IMG/VR virus record: IMGVR_UViG_3300026549_000895
Location: 128,001 to 192,000 of that record
Direction: 5' to 3' (one strand)
Length of the DNA stretch: 64,000 nt
Source of the DNA: a virus
Taxonomy: Duplodnaviria > Caudoviricetes
Shown here: positions 1 through 10,200 of the stretch, in pieces
Position numbering within the stretch: position 1 is the stretch's first letter
Layout of the letters: each line of letters opens with the position of its first letter
Program-made: the position numbers and the translations under genes
The notes under the pieces: generated by a model
Database searches by the model: none
Told to the model about the DNA's origin: nothing
The model's input: the letters and a program-made list of their open reading frames with translations, nothing else

Positions 1-1230
1 AGTATCCAAGTCGCCTACGAGTTGATAGTTTGTTCCATCATACACGAAGAGATACACTCTCTGAGCGGTCAGAGTAGAAGCATTCGGAAGATTGGCGTTT
101 CTATACTTGATAGGTGCTCCACCTGTACCATTTACATTCAATTGTAGAGAAGCAACAGCTCCAGTATTTGTAACAGTAAACTTTACCGCTATCCATGCAC
201 CGGTTACTTTGGTAAATCCTGGACATGCAACAGCCTTTGTTGTTGTCGTAGCATCTGTAGAACATACACCATAGTGGATGATTCCAGCAGAACCATCAAA
301 GGAAACACCATCGATAGTAGCCGGAGTTGTTAACTTTGTTGCAGATAGAACGTTCTTATCTGCATCAGCTGTATTATCAACATTACCCAATCCAACATCA
401 GACTTCGTAACATTATGAGGATTTCCTGATGTAAGCTGTGAGTGGTCATATGCTATCTTACCTCTATCACCTCTATATGCAGTGGATGAAGTTTCACCCA
501 ATGCAAGGGACTCTGAGATTTCAACATATGCCGTCCCACCCCAACGATATGTTTTATTAGTGGATAAGTCAGTATATATTTTTCCGGCTTCAGCAGGGAT
601 CTCTGTTGTATGAGCAGAATCCTCATAGAACTTTCCGTTGTAAAGATATCCTTCTTTAACATCGTCAACAAACGAAGGAAGTTGTGAAGAAGGTACCTTA
701 CCAGATGCATCAAGTGTTGCAACATTATGAACATTAATTGTTTGCCATGCTGAGCCAGATTCCTGAACTTGGAAAGCACCATCCGCAGTACCTTCTCTGA
801 AAGCATATGTAGTATCAGTACCCGACAAACTCTCATAACGGGCATCGGCTGTATCATATCTGAACGTCGCATTCGATGCTTTGTCTATATAGATTCTATC
901 ACCAACAGTTTCCATCTCGGTGGTGAAAGCTGAATCCGTATAGAATTTATTTGTTTCTGCATCATAATAACCTTCGACGGTATTCTTTGCAACATCTGGA
1001 ATTGCAGCAGGCTTAATGGTAAATTCATGTGTTGACGGATTGTAGTCAACCATGTTTTGATACCAGCTATATATTTTTGCAAGTTCTATTGCGAGATTTG
1101 TCTTACCCGATGGATCGAGATTTGTAAGTAAATCTACAGTAACGCCTTCGGTAGTTACTCGCTTGGTGACATCATTGAGAACCGTTAAGAACTCGAAAAA
1201 AGCTTGAATATCATCAAATGTTCTTGCCAT
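1..1230 (-). CDS. Tail fibre protein (3'-truncated by window edge; absent from ORF track)
   Basis: ATG at 1230 with AGAGGAG RBS, open to position 1. Translates MARTFDDIQAFFEF...VATLDASGKVPSSQLPSFVDDV...GNPHNVTKSDVGLGNVDNTAD...LNVNGTGGAPI...FVYDGTNYQL, motifs typical of phage tail fibres. Confidence 0.8.
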   Translation of the reverse strand, partial: MARTFDDIQAFFEFLTVLNDVTKRVTTEGVTVDLLTNLDPSGKTNLAIELAKIYSWYQNMVDYNPSTHEFTIKPAAIPDVAKNTVEGYYDAETNKFYTDSAFTTEMETVGDRIYIDKASNATFRYDTADARYESLSGTDTTYAFREGTADGAFQVQESGSAWQTINVHNVATLDASGKVPSSQLPSFVDDVKEGYLYNGKFYEDSAHTTEIPAEAGKIYTDLSTNKTYRWGGTAYVEISESLALGETSSTAYRGDRGKIAYDHSQLTSGNPHNVTKSDVGLGNVDNTADADKNVLSATKLTTPATIDGVSFDGSAGIIHYGVCSTDATTTTKAVACPGFTKVTGAWIAVKFTVTNTGAVASLQLNVNGTGGAPIKYRNANLPNASTLTAQRVYLFVYDGTNYQLVGDLDT

Positions 1231-1257
1231 TTATTCTCACTCCTCTTTTATTAAATT

Positions 1258-2322
1258 TTAATCCGGGTTCATATTACAATTCAATGTAATTTTTCCCAAG
1301 CTACTAAACAAATCAATGTCCGTGTCAGCATCTCTTTTTGATACCGTGAATACACCCGGAGCTGATTGTTTTTCTGAAACCTCAAGTACACCCTCATTGA
1401 CAATACTATTATCTTCATTATCAACGGACAAACCTTGTCCTATGTTAACATTGATTGTATCGTCCTCTTCTGATATTGTTATCGCAGTTCCGGCATGATA
1501 TTCATTACCAGACAAAACTCCTTCTTCGGTAATTTCTAAACCGTCGCCAACAATAATGCCGCCCAAAGTAGTATCAGTCGCAGGTGGTAAAACATATGAG
1601 CCGCCTTCGACATCAACCCATGTTCCATCCCCACGCAGGAATTTGTTAGTTTCGGAAGCAGATGGAGCGGGGACTAATCCATCCACTCCATCCTCTTCTT
1701 CAGTAGCTGGTACGAAGACATCATAATTCTTCAGTGATTCAAGTTTCTCATCCTTTTCGGTTGTGTATACAGCGGAAGTACTGTCAAGGATAGCCTTGTT
1801 TCTATGAGCATGCGATAAAGCTTCAAGCTGTTGTAATCGAGGAAGTATTTCAGACTTCTTACAGTACTCAGAAAGATCAATATCTATAATACTTCCTCCA
1901 GAGAATACCCATTTGGAACCATTCCAAACGTATAACAATGGATCATCATGTTGATTATTTGGATTCTTAACAAATCTGACATCACCAAGTTTATTACCGG
2001 TCTTTGGTAATTGATTACGTGATTCATATTCCTCTGTGGATTTAATTGACATGAATTCGAGATTCTCTACTATCAAATCAACTTCTTCTTTTGTATAGTA
2101 ATTGGATAAGTCCTCCATATCAGATATGTAGGGAAGTTGTGAATAGAATTTATTTCCTTCACCAACTTTTATTTTTGTTTTACCATTGGAAGTTAATTCT
2201 ATACAAAGAACTCCACGTGGAATTACATGATACTGATCACCGGATGAATTCCATTGATCCGATGTTCGTATAACGTGACTCTTATCAGATGATGATGGAA
2301 TCGGACTTTCTTTTTGTACCAT
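1258..2322 (-). CDS. Tail fibre/tail-associated protein with Mtd/hyaluronidase-like N-terminal motif
   Basis: W..PRGVLCIE..KIKVGEG..YSQLPYI N-terminal motif; GLVPAP..KFLRGDGTW and LPPATDTTLGGIIVGDGL fibre motifs; AAAGGAGG RBS. Confidence 0.65.
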   Translation of the reverse strand: MVQKESPIPSSSDKSHVIRTSDQWNSSGDQYHVIPRGVLCIELTSNGKTKIKVGEGNKFYSQLPYISDMEDLSNYYTKEEVDLIVENLEFMSIKSTEEYESRNQLPKTGNKLGDVRFVKNPNNQHDDPLLYVWNGSKWVFSGGSIIDIDLSEYCKKSEILPRLQQLEALSHAHRNKAILDSTSAVYTTEKDEKLESLKNYDVFVPATEEEDGVDGLVPAPSASETNKFLRGDGTWVDVEGGSYVLPPATDTTLGGIIVGDGLEITEEGVLSGNEYHAGTAITISEEDDTINVNIGQGLSVDNEDNSIVNEGVLEVSEKQSAPGVFTVSKRDADTDIDLFSSLGKITLNCNMNPD

Positions 2323-2356
2323 TAAAAGTCACCTCCTTTTGAAAATATTCTTATCA

Positions 2357-3808
2357 TCAAGGAGTATCATTTGTTGGCTCTTCGTTATCATCAGGGGTTG
2401 TATTTACAACATCACCATCAGATGTTTCAGTTCCGTCAGCAGGTTCGATCGCATCAGATGTCGTTGAATTTTCATCTCTGAGACGAACCAAGTTACCAGC
2501 TTCAACATCAGCATTGAAATCTCCTGATGCTATGAAATCCTTTGTAGCCTGATACAAATCTCCATATGTCTGCCAAATCAGCTGTGAAGCATATATCTGC
2601 TTATCAGCTCTGTACCAAACAACCGCCGCTTTGATAGATTCAAGAGCAGTAACTCTTGTATCCAAATCGGAGAGTGAAGTTGTATGGGAAGTGAGTGTTT
2701 CATTCTGAGCAGCATCACTTTGTTCAAGAGCTGTAACTCTTGTATCCAAAGCAGCCAGAGCATCATCAACTTCCTGGAACTTAGCATCATATCTGGTAAT
2801 AGTATCGGTGAGAAGAGTCTGAGTATTTTTGAGTTCAGTAGTCAATTCAGCTACCTTTTCTTCAAGAGCAGTGATTCTTTCCTGAGCAGGATTATAAAGA
2901 GCCTGATATGTTTCATAGGTATTTGTTTCCCAAATCATATCAGACATATATGCTTCGAAAGTGAACTTGAATCTGGTTGCTATATTTGCCTCAAATTCAA
3001 AGATATTTCCTTCGGTGAATGGAACCTGAACAATGGGAAGTATTGTGACCTTGTCAATGATACTCTTTACAGCTTCATGATTAATCATTATAGATGAATA
3101 ATCATCCGAGAATGCATAGAACGGATTCATTCCAGCATCAAGATGTTCCTTAGTATCAAAGGAAATAATTGCCACATCAAAAGATGTAAGTTCCACGAAA
3201 TACGGACCAGCATATCCCATCGGAAGAATATCTCCAATTAATGTAGAATATGCAGATGTAAGATAATAGTCATTGATATTCGTTTCATGGAACTTAATAT
3301 TCTCAGTAGTTCCACTAAGTTCTCCGGATGTTACAATACCTCTATCTTGATCGAGAATATTGTAATGCAGAGTACATACGAGAGGACTTTGTATCATAGG
3401 AAGATATTCCTGAAGTTCATGATATGACTGTGCAATTGTATCGTTCAGATACTTCACAAGAGCTGTATCAGTATGAGTTGAAGTTGTCATATCGATTCTT
3501 GCCGAAAGATCTATACAACCTAAATCAGCTCTTTTTGTTATACGGGTATAAACATTGTCACCAACATTTATCTTAGCACCGAACAACATCTGAGTTGTAT
3601 CAATAAGATACGGAACTCCTGATACAAGTCTGAATCCATTACCTGTCAGAGGACCGGATGTTGGAATCTTATGTTTCATAGGTGATATCGGTCGAGGTCT
3701 AACAGGCTGACCAGGATGACAAGGTCTTGCTATAACAGGTTCCACCTTCTGGTTAATTATGACCTGATTGGTCGGCGGGAAATACGGATAATTATTTTTG
3801 GGCATCAT
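2357..3808 (-). CDS. Virion structural protein with coiled-coil heptad repeats
   Basis: Repeated LDTRVTALE/ERITALE heptads; located among fibre genes. Confidence 0.55.
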   Translation of the reverse strand: MMPKNNYPYFPPTNQVIINQKVEPVIARPCHPGQPVRPRPISPMKHKIPTSGPLTGNGFRLVSGVPYLIDTTQMLFGAKINVGDNVYTRITKRADLGCIDLSARIDMTTSTHTDTALVKYLNDTIAQSYHELQEYLPMIQSPLVCTLHYNILDQDRGIVTSGELSGTTENIKFHETNINDYYLTSAYSTLIGDILPMGYAGPYFVELTSFDVAIISFDTKEHLDAGMNPFYAFSDDYSSIMINHEAVKSIIDKVTILPIVQVPFTEGNIFEFEANIATRFKFTFEAYMSDMIWETNTYETYQALYNPAQERITALEEKVAELTTELKNTQTLLTDTITRYDAKFQEVDDALAALDTRVTALEQSDAAQNETLTSHTTSLSDLDTRVTALESIKAAVVWYRADKQIYASQLIWQTYGDLYQATKDFIASGDFNADVEAGNLVRLRDENSTTSDAIEPADGTETSDGDVVNTTPDDNEEPTNDTP

Positions 3809-3824
3809 AATTTTAAACCTTCTT

Positions 3825-5108
3825 TCATTTAATTTTCAAAGTTTCTTTGATGATATGAATAACAATCGGAGTCCACAAATATACTTCACGGGACGGAACA
3901 TTGTTGAATAATGTATCACCAATGTACAAAGACAAATCTTCCATCTTTGTAATTTGTCCCCAAATATAATCATGAATCAATGATATATAATCATACCGTC
4001 TTTGATGATATGTCTTTTCACATGTGTTACAACATGGACAAGAATTGCACTGTTCTAATGTACAAGTACGAGGATCGAACTTGTTTGCAAGAATCTTGTA
4101 AACATCTTCTGGGAAGAAAAGTTTACAGTCACTCATATGACATGTTGGCTGAGTTGGAATCATAATCTGCCAATCATCATATCCATACATTGCGAACGAT
4201 GAATCTCCATATGCGACAGCTGGAGCAAGATAGAATTTAAATGTTTCCAGATATCTAATAGGAGCATGACGTTCAATCCATTTATATGGAGACAATTCAT
4301 ATAGCTCATTCATTTCACGAATACGAATTTTATTTTCGTTCAATGTAACATTATGAGCTCGGTCATCTATAATCATTGTGGCATTGCGAGCCATGAACAT
4401 ATTTCCACACAAATCGAACCATGTCTCTCCACCAAAATGAAGCACATAACAATTGTGCATTTCATTATAATATCGAGCTTCATAATTCTCAATCATGTCA
4501 TATAGCATTGATATCAGCCTGCTACGTAATTCATGGTCTTCTTTTCCTATTACCGGAGTTAAGTCTTCTCCACCAATAGTCTGTAAATCCATGACACTAT
4601 GATTCGTAACCTGCTTATCAATCCAACAGATTTCCTCAGGGTTAGTTGAATACAAAGAATACTGGATTTTATAACTACCATCTGTATTCAATCCATCCTG
4701 TGTAACTTGATTGATTCTGAATATATGATTCATATGAACATAATTCACAATGAACATATCGTTTTCCTTTGGCATTACAGTACCTGGAATCGTAGTACAT
4801 TCTCCAGAAATAGAATAGTTTCTCACATTTGTTTCAGAGGCAGTTGTCTCTTCTGGTGTGAAAGGTGACATTCCAAGAAGTACCATATTCTCGATCTTAT
4901 TGTAACGGAAAGGAGAATCAGGACCGAGCACCTGATAATGAGTTCCCAATCCAAGCGAACCAGTTGTGTTCTCTTCATCTATGCTGAAATATGTTACAAG
5001 TGTACGGGCATCGCCTGTATATTTGTTAATTCTTGAATGAAGAAATTTATCATATTTATAGATTTGAGAATCAACCAATTCCTTTTCATCATATATTAAT
5101 CTTGACAT
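3825..5108 (-). CDS. Conserved jumbo-phage virion structural protein (probable start MSRLIY at 5108)
   Basis: VTYFSID..YQVLGPDSPFRYNKIEN..PGTVMPKENDMF resembles phiKZ-like virion proteins; preceded by the late-type motif at 5160-5172. Confidence 0.5.
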   Translation of the reverse strand: MSRLIYDEKELVDSQIYKYDKFLHSRINKYTGDARTLVTYFSIDEENTTGSLGLGTHYQVLGPDSPFRYNKIENMVLLGMSPFTPEETTASETNVRNYSISGECTTIPGTVMPKENDMFIVNYVHMNHIFRINQVTQDGLNTDGSYKIQYSLYSTNPEEICWIDKQVTNHSVMDLQTIGGEDLTPVIGKEDHELRSRLISMLYDMIENYEARYYNEMHNCYVLHFGGETWFDLCGNMFMARNATMIIDDRAHNVTLNENKIRIREMNELYELSPYKWIERHAPIRYLETFKFYLAPAVAYGDSSFAMYGYDDWQIMIPTQPTCHMSDCKLFFPEDVYKILANKFDPRTCTLEQCNSCPCCNTCEKTYHQRRYDYISLIHDYIWGQITKMEDLSLYIGDTLFNNVPSREVYLWTPIVIHIIKETLKIK

Positions 5109-5185
5109 CTTTTCACCACATTTCTCCAAAAATTTGGTTTGTTATAAAACCATCAGAGGTTAACTGGACGTTTTGGCAATTTCCA

Positions 5186-5206
5186 TCACCCCCATACAGG
5201 GGGTGA
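5186..5206. terminator. GC-rich hairpin between divergent genes
   Basis: TCACCCCC-ataca-GGGGGTGA. Confidence 0.5.
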
Positions 5207-5357
5207 CAAAATTACCATTGGTGAATAACGAAGGATGTATAACTGTTCGTCGATGTTAACTGGCAACCATCGACGATATATGAAACAGCGCGAATATTTC
5301 ATATAATTAAATGTAATTTTCATATATACATATTTATTATAGAAAGGAGCTGATGTT

Positions 5358-6566
5358 ATGGATGAAGAGTCCAAATATTCTTATTCCACCGAAGAACTTG
5401 ATGCAATATTAAGAAAGATGGAAAAAGGAATCACACCAATAATTCCAGATGATATGATGAAAGAAGTTCTACTTCGTAAACGTGAATTGGAATTATTGAG
5501 AACAGGCGATGATGAAGACTTGGAAGAATATCTGTCCGAGGTCGAGAAACATAAAAAACTCACCAGAGCCCTGAAGGAACGAGAACACAAGGCAACAAAA
5601 ACAGAAGCGTATGTATATACAATGACTCCTGAACAATTAAAAGAAATCGAAGAGGATATGACAACCACCTTTGTTAGAGAGAATCCAAATTCCCCATATA
5701 ACAAATCTTCCTTTGATTCTGAAATGTCCGAAGAGAAGCGTGAGATATTAATTAAATTATCAAAGCTTCGCAATTGTTATTATAATCAGAAGGATTATCA
5801 GGAGGCTATTGAAACTATTCGAAAAGCAATTGAGATATCTTTGAAGACTGATTATCCTTGGCTTTCTCCAGAAGAAGCAATACGTAAATTCAAGAATAAA
5901 GAAATCGTATATTCTTTCGGAGCTCTTCCCAAGATATATCTCAATTATATCACACCAGTAACAGATCCGGAAATGGCTAAGAAGATAGCATCTGGAGAAA
6001 TTACTCTTGTTGATAAGAATGAGAATCGTCCCAAGAAGAGAAGAAGGAAGAGTAAAGAAGGAGTCACTGTCGAAGTTCGTCCTATTGGTAAACAAGAAAT
6101 TGAAGATGAACGTAAGATGTTCAATGCAGGATATGATTCCAGTATTGCACCTATGCTCAAGGGAAGTGTTAATGCATATGGTAGATTCGATATGCCAAAT
6201 TCTGGATATTTCCATGATGATATTGAATCTCCTTATGAGCAAGAAAAAGAAGATATGCTTAGTGATTTTGATTGGCTCCAAGAGGATGCTGCTGAGAAGT
6301 ATTATAATCTGCTCAATAATATCGATGATAAGATGACAGTATATGATCTTCTCAAGGATATTCAGAAAACTCGGAATATTGATATCAATCCAGCAGTTGG
6401 CAATAATATGACTGATTTCTTGAATTCATATAATCTTGGTCCATCTGAATATGACAATGTTGCATATTCTTCACATGGTTACGCAAGATCTATAATCCAA
6501 CCAAATCAAAAGGCTTTGGAGATAGAGGAGCAATTGTTGGAAAATATACGTAATTCCAATCCATAA
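5358..6566 (+). CDS. Hypothetical protein, 402 aa
   Basis: Long ORF, GAAAGGAG RBS, early-type motif at 5324-5335, followed by a terminator. Confidence 0.75.
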   Translation: MDEESKYSYSTEELDAILRKMEKGITPIIPDDMMKEVLLRKRELELLRTGDDEDLEEYLSEVEKHKKLTRALKEREHKATKTEAYVYTMTPEQLKEIEEDMTTTFVRENPNSPYNKSSFDSEMSEEKREILIKLSKLRNCYYNQKDYQEAIETIRKAIEISLKTDYPWLSPEEAIRKFKNKEIVYSFGALPKIYLNYITPVTDPEMAKKIASGEITLVDKNENRPKKRRRKSKEGVTVEVRPIGKQEIEDERKMFNAGYDSSIAPMLKGSVNAYGRFDMPNSGYFHDDIESPYEQEKEDMLSDFDWLQEDAAEKYYNLLNNIDDKMTVYDLLKDIQKTRNIDINPAVGNNMTDFLNSYNLGPSEYDNVAYSSHGYARSIIQPNQKALEIEEQLLENIRNSNP

Positions 6567-6583
6567 TTTCTATGCTATATGAG

Positions 6584-6613
6584 ATACCCCGGGAAACCGG
6601 GGTATTCTTTTTT
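6584..6613 (+). terminator. Rho-independent terminator
   Basis: ATACCCCGG-gaaa-CCGGGGTAT followed by a T-tract. Confidence 0.8.
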
Positions 6614-6634
6614 CCGGATTTTTTGAAATTTCAT

Positions 6635-6822
6635 ATGTATATTATTAATATGAATAAGAGATAAGAATCCCTTAATCAGAATCAGATTCAAGCCTCATAA
6701 GGCAAATATAAAATAATAGAATCTTTAGATGTCTGAGTAATATATCTTATCATCTTACGATATTATGGGTTATCCGAAACCCAATACAATTCGGGAATGA
6801 TGTTTACCAAGCATCAGAAAGG
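6635..6822 (+). ncRNA. Conserved structured leader/ncRNA, copy 1 (promoter motif, ~100-nt stem-bubble-stem, pseudoknot, hairpin)
   Basis: Core 6671-6745 closely matches 48796-48867. Pairings TAAGAGATAAG/CTTATCATCTTA, TCAGA/TCTGA, AGATTC/GAATCT, GCC/GGC. Confidence 0.6.
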
Positions 6823-6829
6823 TACATTT

Positions 6830-7165
6830 ATGACTAACGATTTCAGAACAATTATGGGTATTGAAGAAGAAAGCACACCCACAACAACAGAAACAAAAGA
6901 AGCTACAACCTTCCAGAAGGTTGTATACGTTGCAGCAGGCGTAGGCGTCATAGCCGGTGCAGCCCTCGTAACTATGAAGGCAGCAGACCACCTCACAGCT
7001 GAAGTTGTCGGCGGTGTAAAGGCTGCAAAGGCTTGGAAGGCTACAAGACCTACCAAGCTCGATAAGGAAGTCGCTGCACGCGATGCATTCGCCAAGAGCC
7101 TCAAGGACGCAGGCTGGGAAGATGATAAGATTCTCGAAGCTTGTGTAAACAAGTACGGTTTCTGA
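6830..7165 (+). CDS. Small predicted membrane protein (cassette 1 cargo)
   Basis: GAAAGG RBS before ATG 6830; hydrophobic VVYVAAGVGVIAGAALV segment. Confidence 0.75.
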   Translation: MTNDFRTIMGIEEESTPTTTETKEATTFQKVVYVAAGVGVIAGAALVTMKAADHLTAEVVGGVKAAKAWKATRPTKLDKEVAARDAFAKSLKDAGWEDDKILEACVNKYGF

Positions 7166-7174
7166 TCAAGAAAG

Positions 7175-7213
7175 GAAACCCCGCATATGCGGGGTTTCTT
7201 TTTTCTTCTTTTT
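7175..7213. terminator. Bidirectional terminator
   Basis: GAAACCCCG-catatg-CGGGGTTTC with T-tract on + and an A-rich 5' flank, between convergent genes. Confidence 0.85.
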
Positions 7214-10200
7214 TCATTCGATTAAGATATAATCATTTCCAGCGGTAGTCTTTAAATACATACCAGCATATTCAGAAGGTATTGACAATGTCACACCAAG
7301 TCTCATAACAGTTACAATTCTTTCAGTATTATTAGTATCTGAAATATCGGCTGTTGGATCCTTTGTTATATACACTGAGAAATATCCTTCGTACTTTCCG
7401 GAAGTATGCACATCATATGTATCATCTTCTGGATTGTATTTGCAATGTAACTGAATAAATGTTTCATCACCAGTATCAGAAACATACTCAAATGAAGTAT
7501 CCATATCAAAGTCAGTTAAACGTTCATACTTCCAAACATCGTTCAACATTTCCATCATCATTTTAGCATCTATTTCAACACCCTTCAAATCATCCAACAA
7601 TACATTCTTTACTGTTGTTCCGTTTATAGAAATATCATAATAGGAAGAAGATGATTGAACAATGTCAAGCATAATGTCATGTTCGATATCAGCATTGTTC
7701 GGGTTGTCTACATAGTTGCCTAAATATGTATCAATTGTAGATGAATTGTTTGTACCAAATCCAAATCGAATTGATTGTTTAACATACTTGGAAGCATCTT
7801 CATTATGCAACATTACTTGTTTCATAGATGAGCATCTCTTTCCATCAAGTGTTTCATAAACAACCGATCTATGGAAAGTAGGCGAATCCTGATAGTAATC
7901 ATCGCATAATTCAATGACTTCAAAGTTCCTCAGAGATCTGAGGTTAACAAGTTGCAAGGTAGTAGGAGATGTTATAATAACATTCTTTTTTGTCAAGTAT
8001 CTACCATTTATCCAGAATTCATATCTATCAAATGAAAGAGGGGTTGGAATGTATCCTGTAAGATCAATGATGCCATTTTCATTTATCATTGATTTTGAAT
8101 ATCTGCAGACATGTAAACATGTTGTGGATATCAACTGAACATCCGGATTATCTTCTTTTGAAAGTTGTAATCTTGATGAATAGTTATCAGATGATATATT
8201 TGAGAATGGTAATCTGTAATGATGTTTCGTATCATAATAGTATGAATATGGAGTTAATGGTCCAAAGTCTGATTCTGAACTCTTTTCAGATAAATAAGCT
8301 GTACCTGCAACATTATGTGAATATCGTACTTCTATTTCTGAATCCGATAAGTATGATACATCTCCAAATGTTTGGTTTTCCGAAGAATCAAATGTTGTCA
8401 CATTTGGATATCTGTGGAAGGTATGTTGAATATTCCAAACATTGTTAGCATTGTCAAAATCAAACTTACTATTTGCTGGAGTGAAGTCATCAGAATATGC
8501 CAAGTACGCATTACCCTTTTGAGGTGATGAGAAAGTTATCGTGATTGTATTTGCATCCGTATAAACCAAATCACCAAGTAAAGTATTTCCAAATTCGTCC
8601 TTTGCAACTATATACGGATATTGATTCAAGTTATGAACTATTGTCCATACAGCAGAAGCCGTGGTTTGAGTGAACGTAAAGTTTCTTGCTATTGTATTAT
8701 TTGAATAATACGCTGATTCAATATTGAGATACAAAGGATTCTGATCAGATATACTCAACTGAGTCTTTGGAATGAGTAAGAATTTTTCAGGAAGTTCATG
8801 ATAATAAGAATAAGAATCTTCTATCTTAACATAATCCGTGAAAGTTTCTGGTGTGTCATTGTTTTCGATTGTTATTGTAATCAATCCACCTTCGCAAGGA
8901 TACTCATCATTTCGAGCGCATGTGAATACAAATGTACCAGTCGTCCTATACGGAACTTTGGAATCAACTACACGCAATCTTTGCTCATGTTCTTGTGTAT
9001 AGTATGTTCTACAAACAAGAACGATATTTGATACGTTTCCATTGAATGAAGCAACATCGTCATTCTGAATGCATATCAGATTAATATCTAATCCATCCTG
9101 GAAAGAATCGATTGGTTTGTTGATTGTTATTGTATATTCCGGATTGTATTCAGTATATTCAACCGATACATCCCTGAACGGGTTTGGAACATACAAATCA
9201 AAATCCAAATATGATAACATTTGTGTTGAATCATATCCGGTTATATGATGGAATCTGAGAACTGGAATTTCGTCATATTCGTCACAGTATCTCTTTCTAT
9301 CGACTATAATTCCTCTATCATCATAATCAAATTCTGTGAATTTGTATTTCTCGATGACATCGAAATGTTTTCTTACAATGATATTTGAATACAAAGGATT
9401 TCCTTCTGCATCATTATAATGGTGAGAAGAAGTTGTCAATACTGGTTTGAATACAACATTACATATTCCATCATCATTTAACTGAATATCATCATAGATA
9501 TCAGATTTGTAGTATCCGAAGTATACATACAATTTACTTGATGAAATAGACTGGTCAAGCTCGATGATTATCTTTGTATGAACATTGTCGGTTTTGTAAT
9601 TACCTGAAACATCTACGTTCATCTGATTCTCAACTTCCGTTGAAACTGTATACAACTCAGGAGATATCCAAACATGATGTTCTTGGTCATATAAGAAACA
9701 ATCAATCTTATCGGTATAAATTAAATCACGAATATCATGTTTAATATAAGCATCAGCCATTACCGCTTTACCGTTGTCGATGTATATCATTGCAGCATCA
9801 TTTGATACTACATTGAACCAAGATGTTGGTTTCTCCAATTCATCATATAAGTATTGAACCTTTTTGATACGTTGCTCCAAAGAAACGTTCTCCATCTTCA
9901 GATGATCGATTTGCGCTTGGATTCTATCTTTTTCTGATTGGTCAGTTACTCGTGCTTTTTCTGCTTCATATCGAGCAATAGACGATTTGTTTGCAGATAT
10001 TTTACTTTGTGAAGAATAGATATCCTGATAGAATACTATTTTCTCTCGTTCCCATATAGCTTGATCATTTGGTTCTGTTCTGAGAATAGGATATTCTTCC
10101 TGAGGTGTTAATGGAGAACGATAATGATTCAATGCATTTATAACAATCTTTTCATCAAAGGAATTTGTTGTTGTTATGAACTGCATATCATATTTCTTAT

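Noticed and set aside
2645-2750. Repeat TCAAGAGC.GTAACTCTTGTATCCAAA
   Set aside because: Coding heptad repeats (LDTRVTALE) of a coiled-coil protein.
6671-6745. Conserved element as a hairpin or HDV-like (theta) ribozyme
   Set aside because: AGAA and NGUC are present, but the flanking helices and loop B do not fit, and no P1/P3/P1.1 arrangement was found in both copies.
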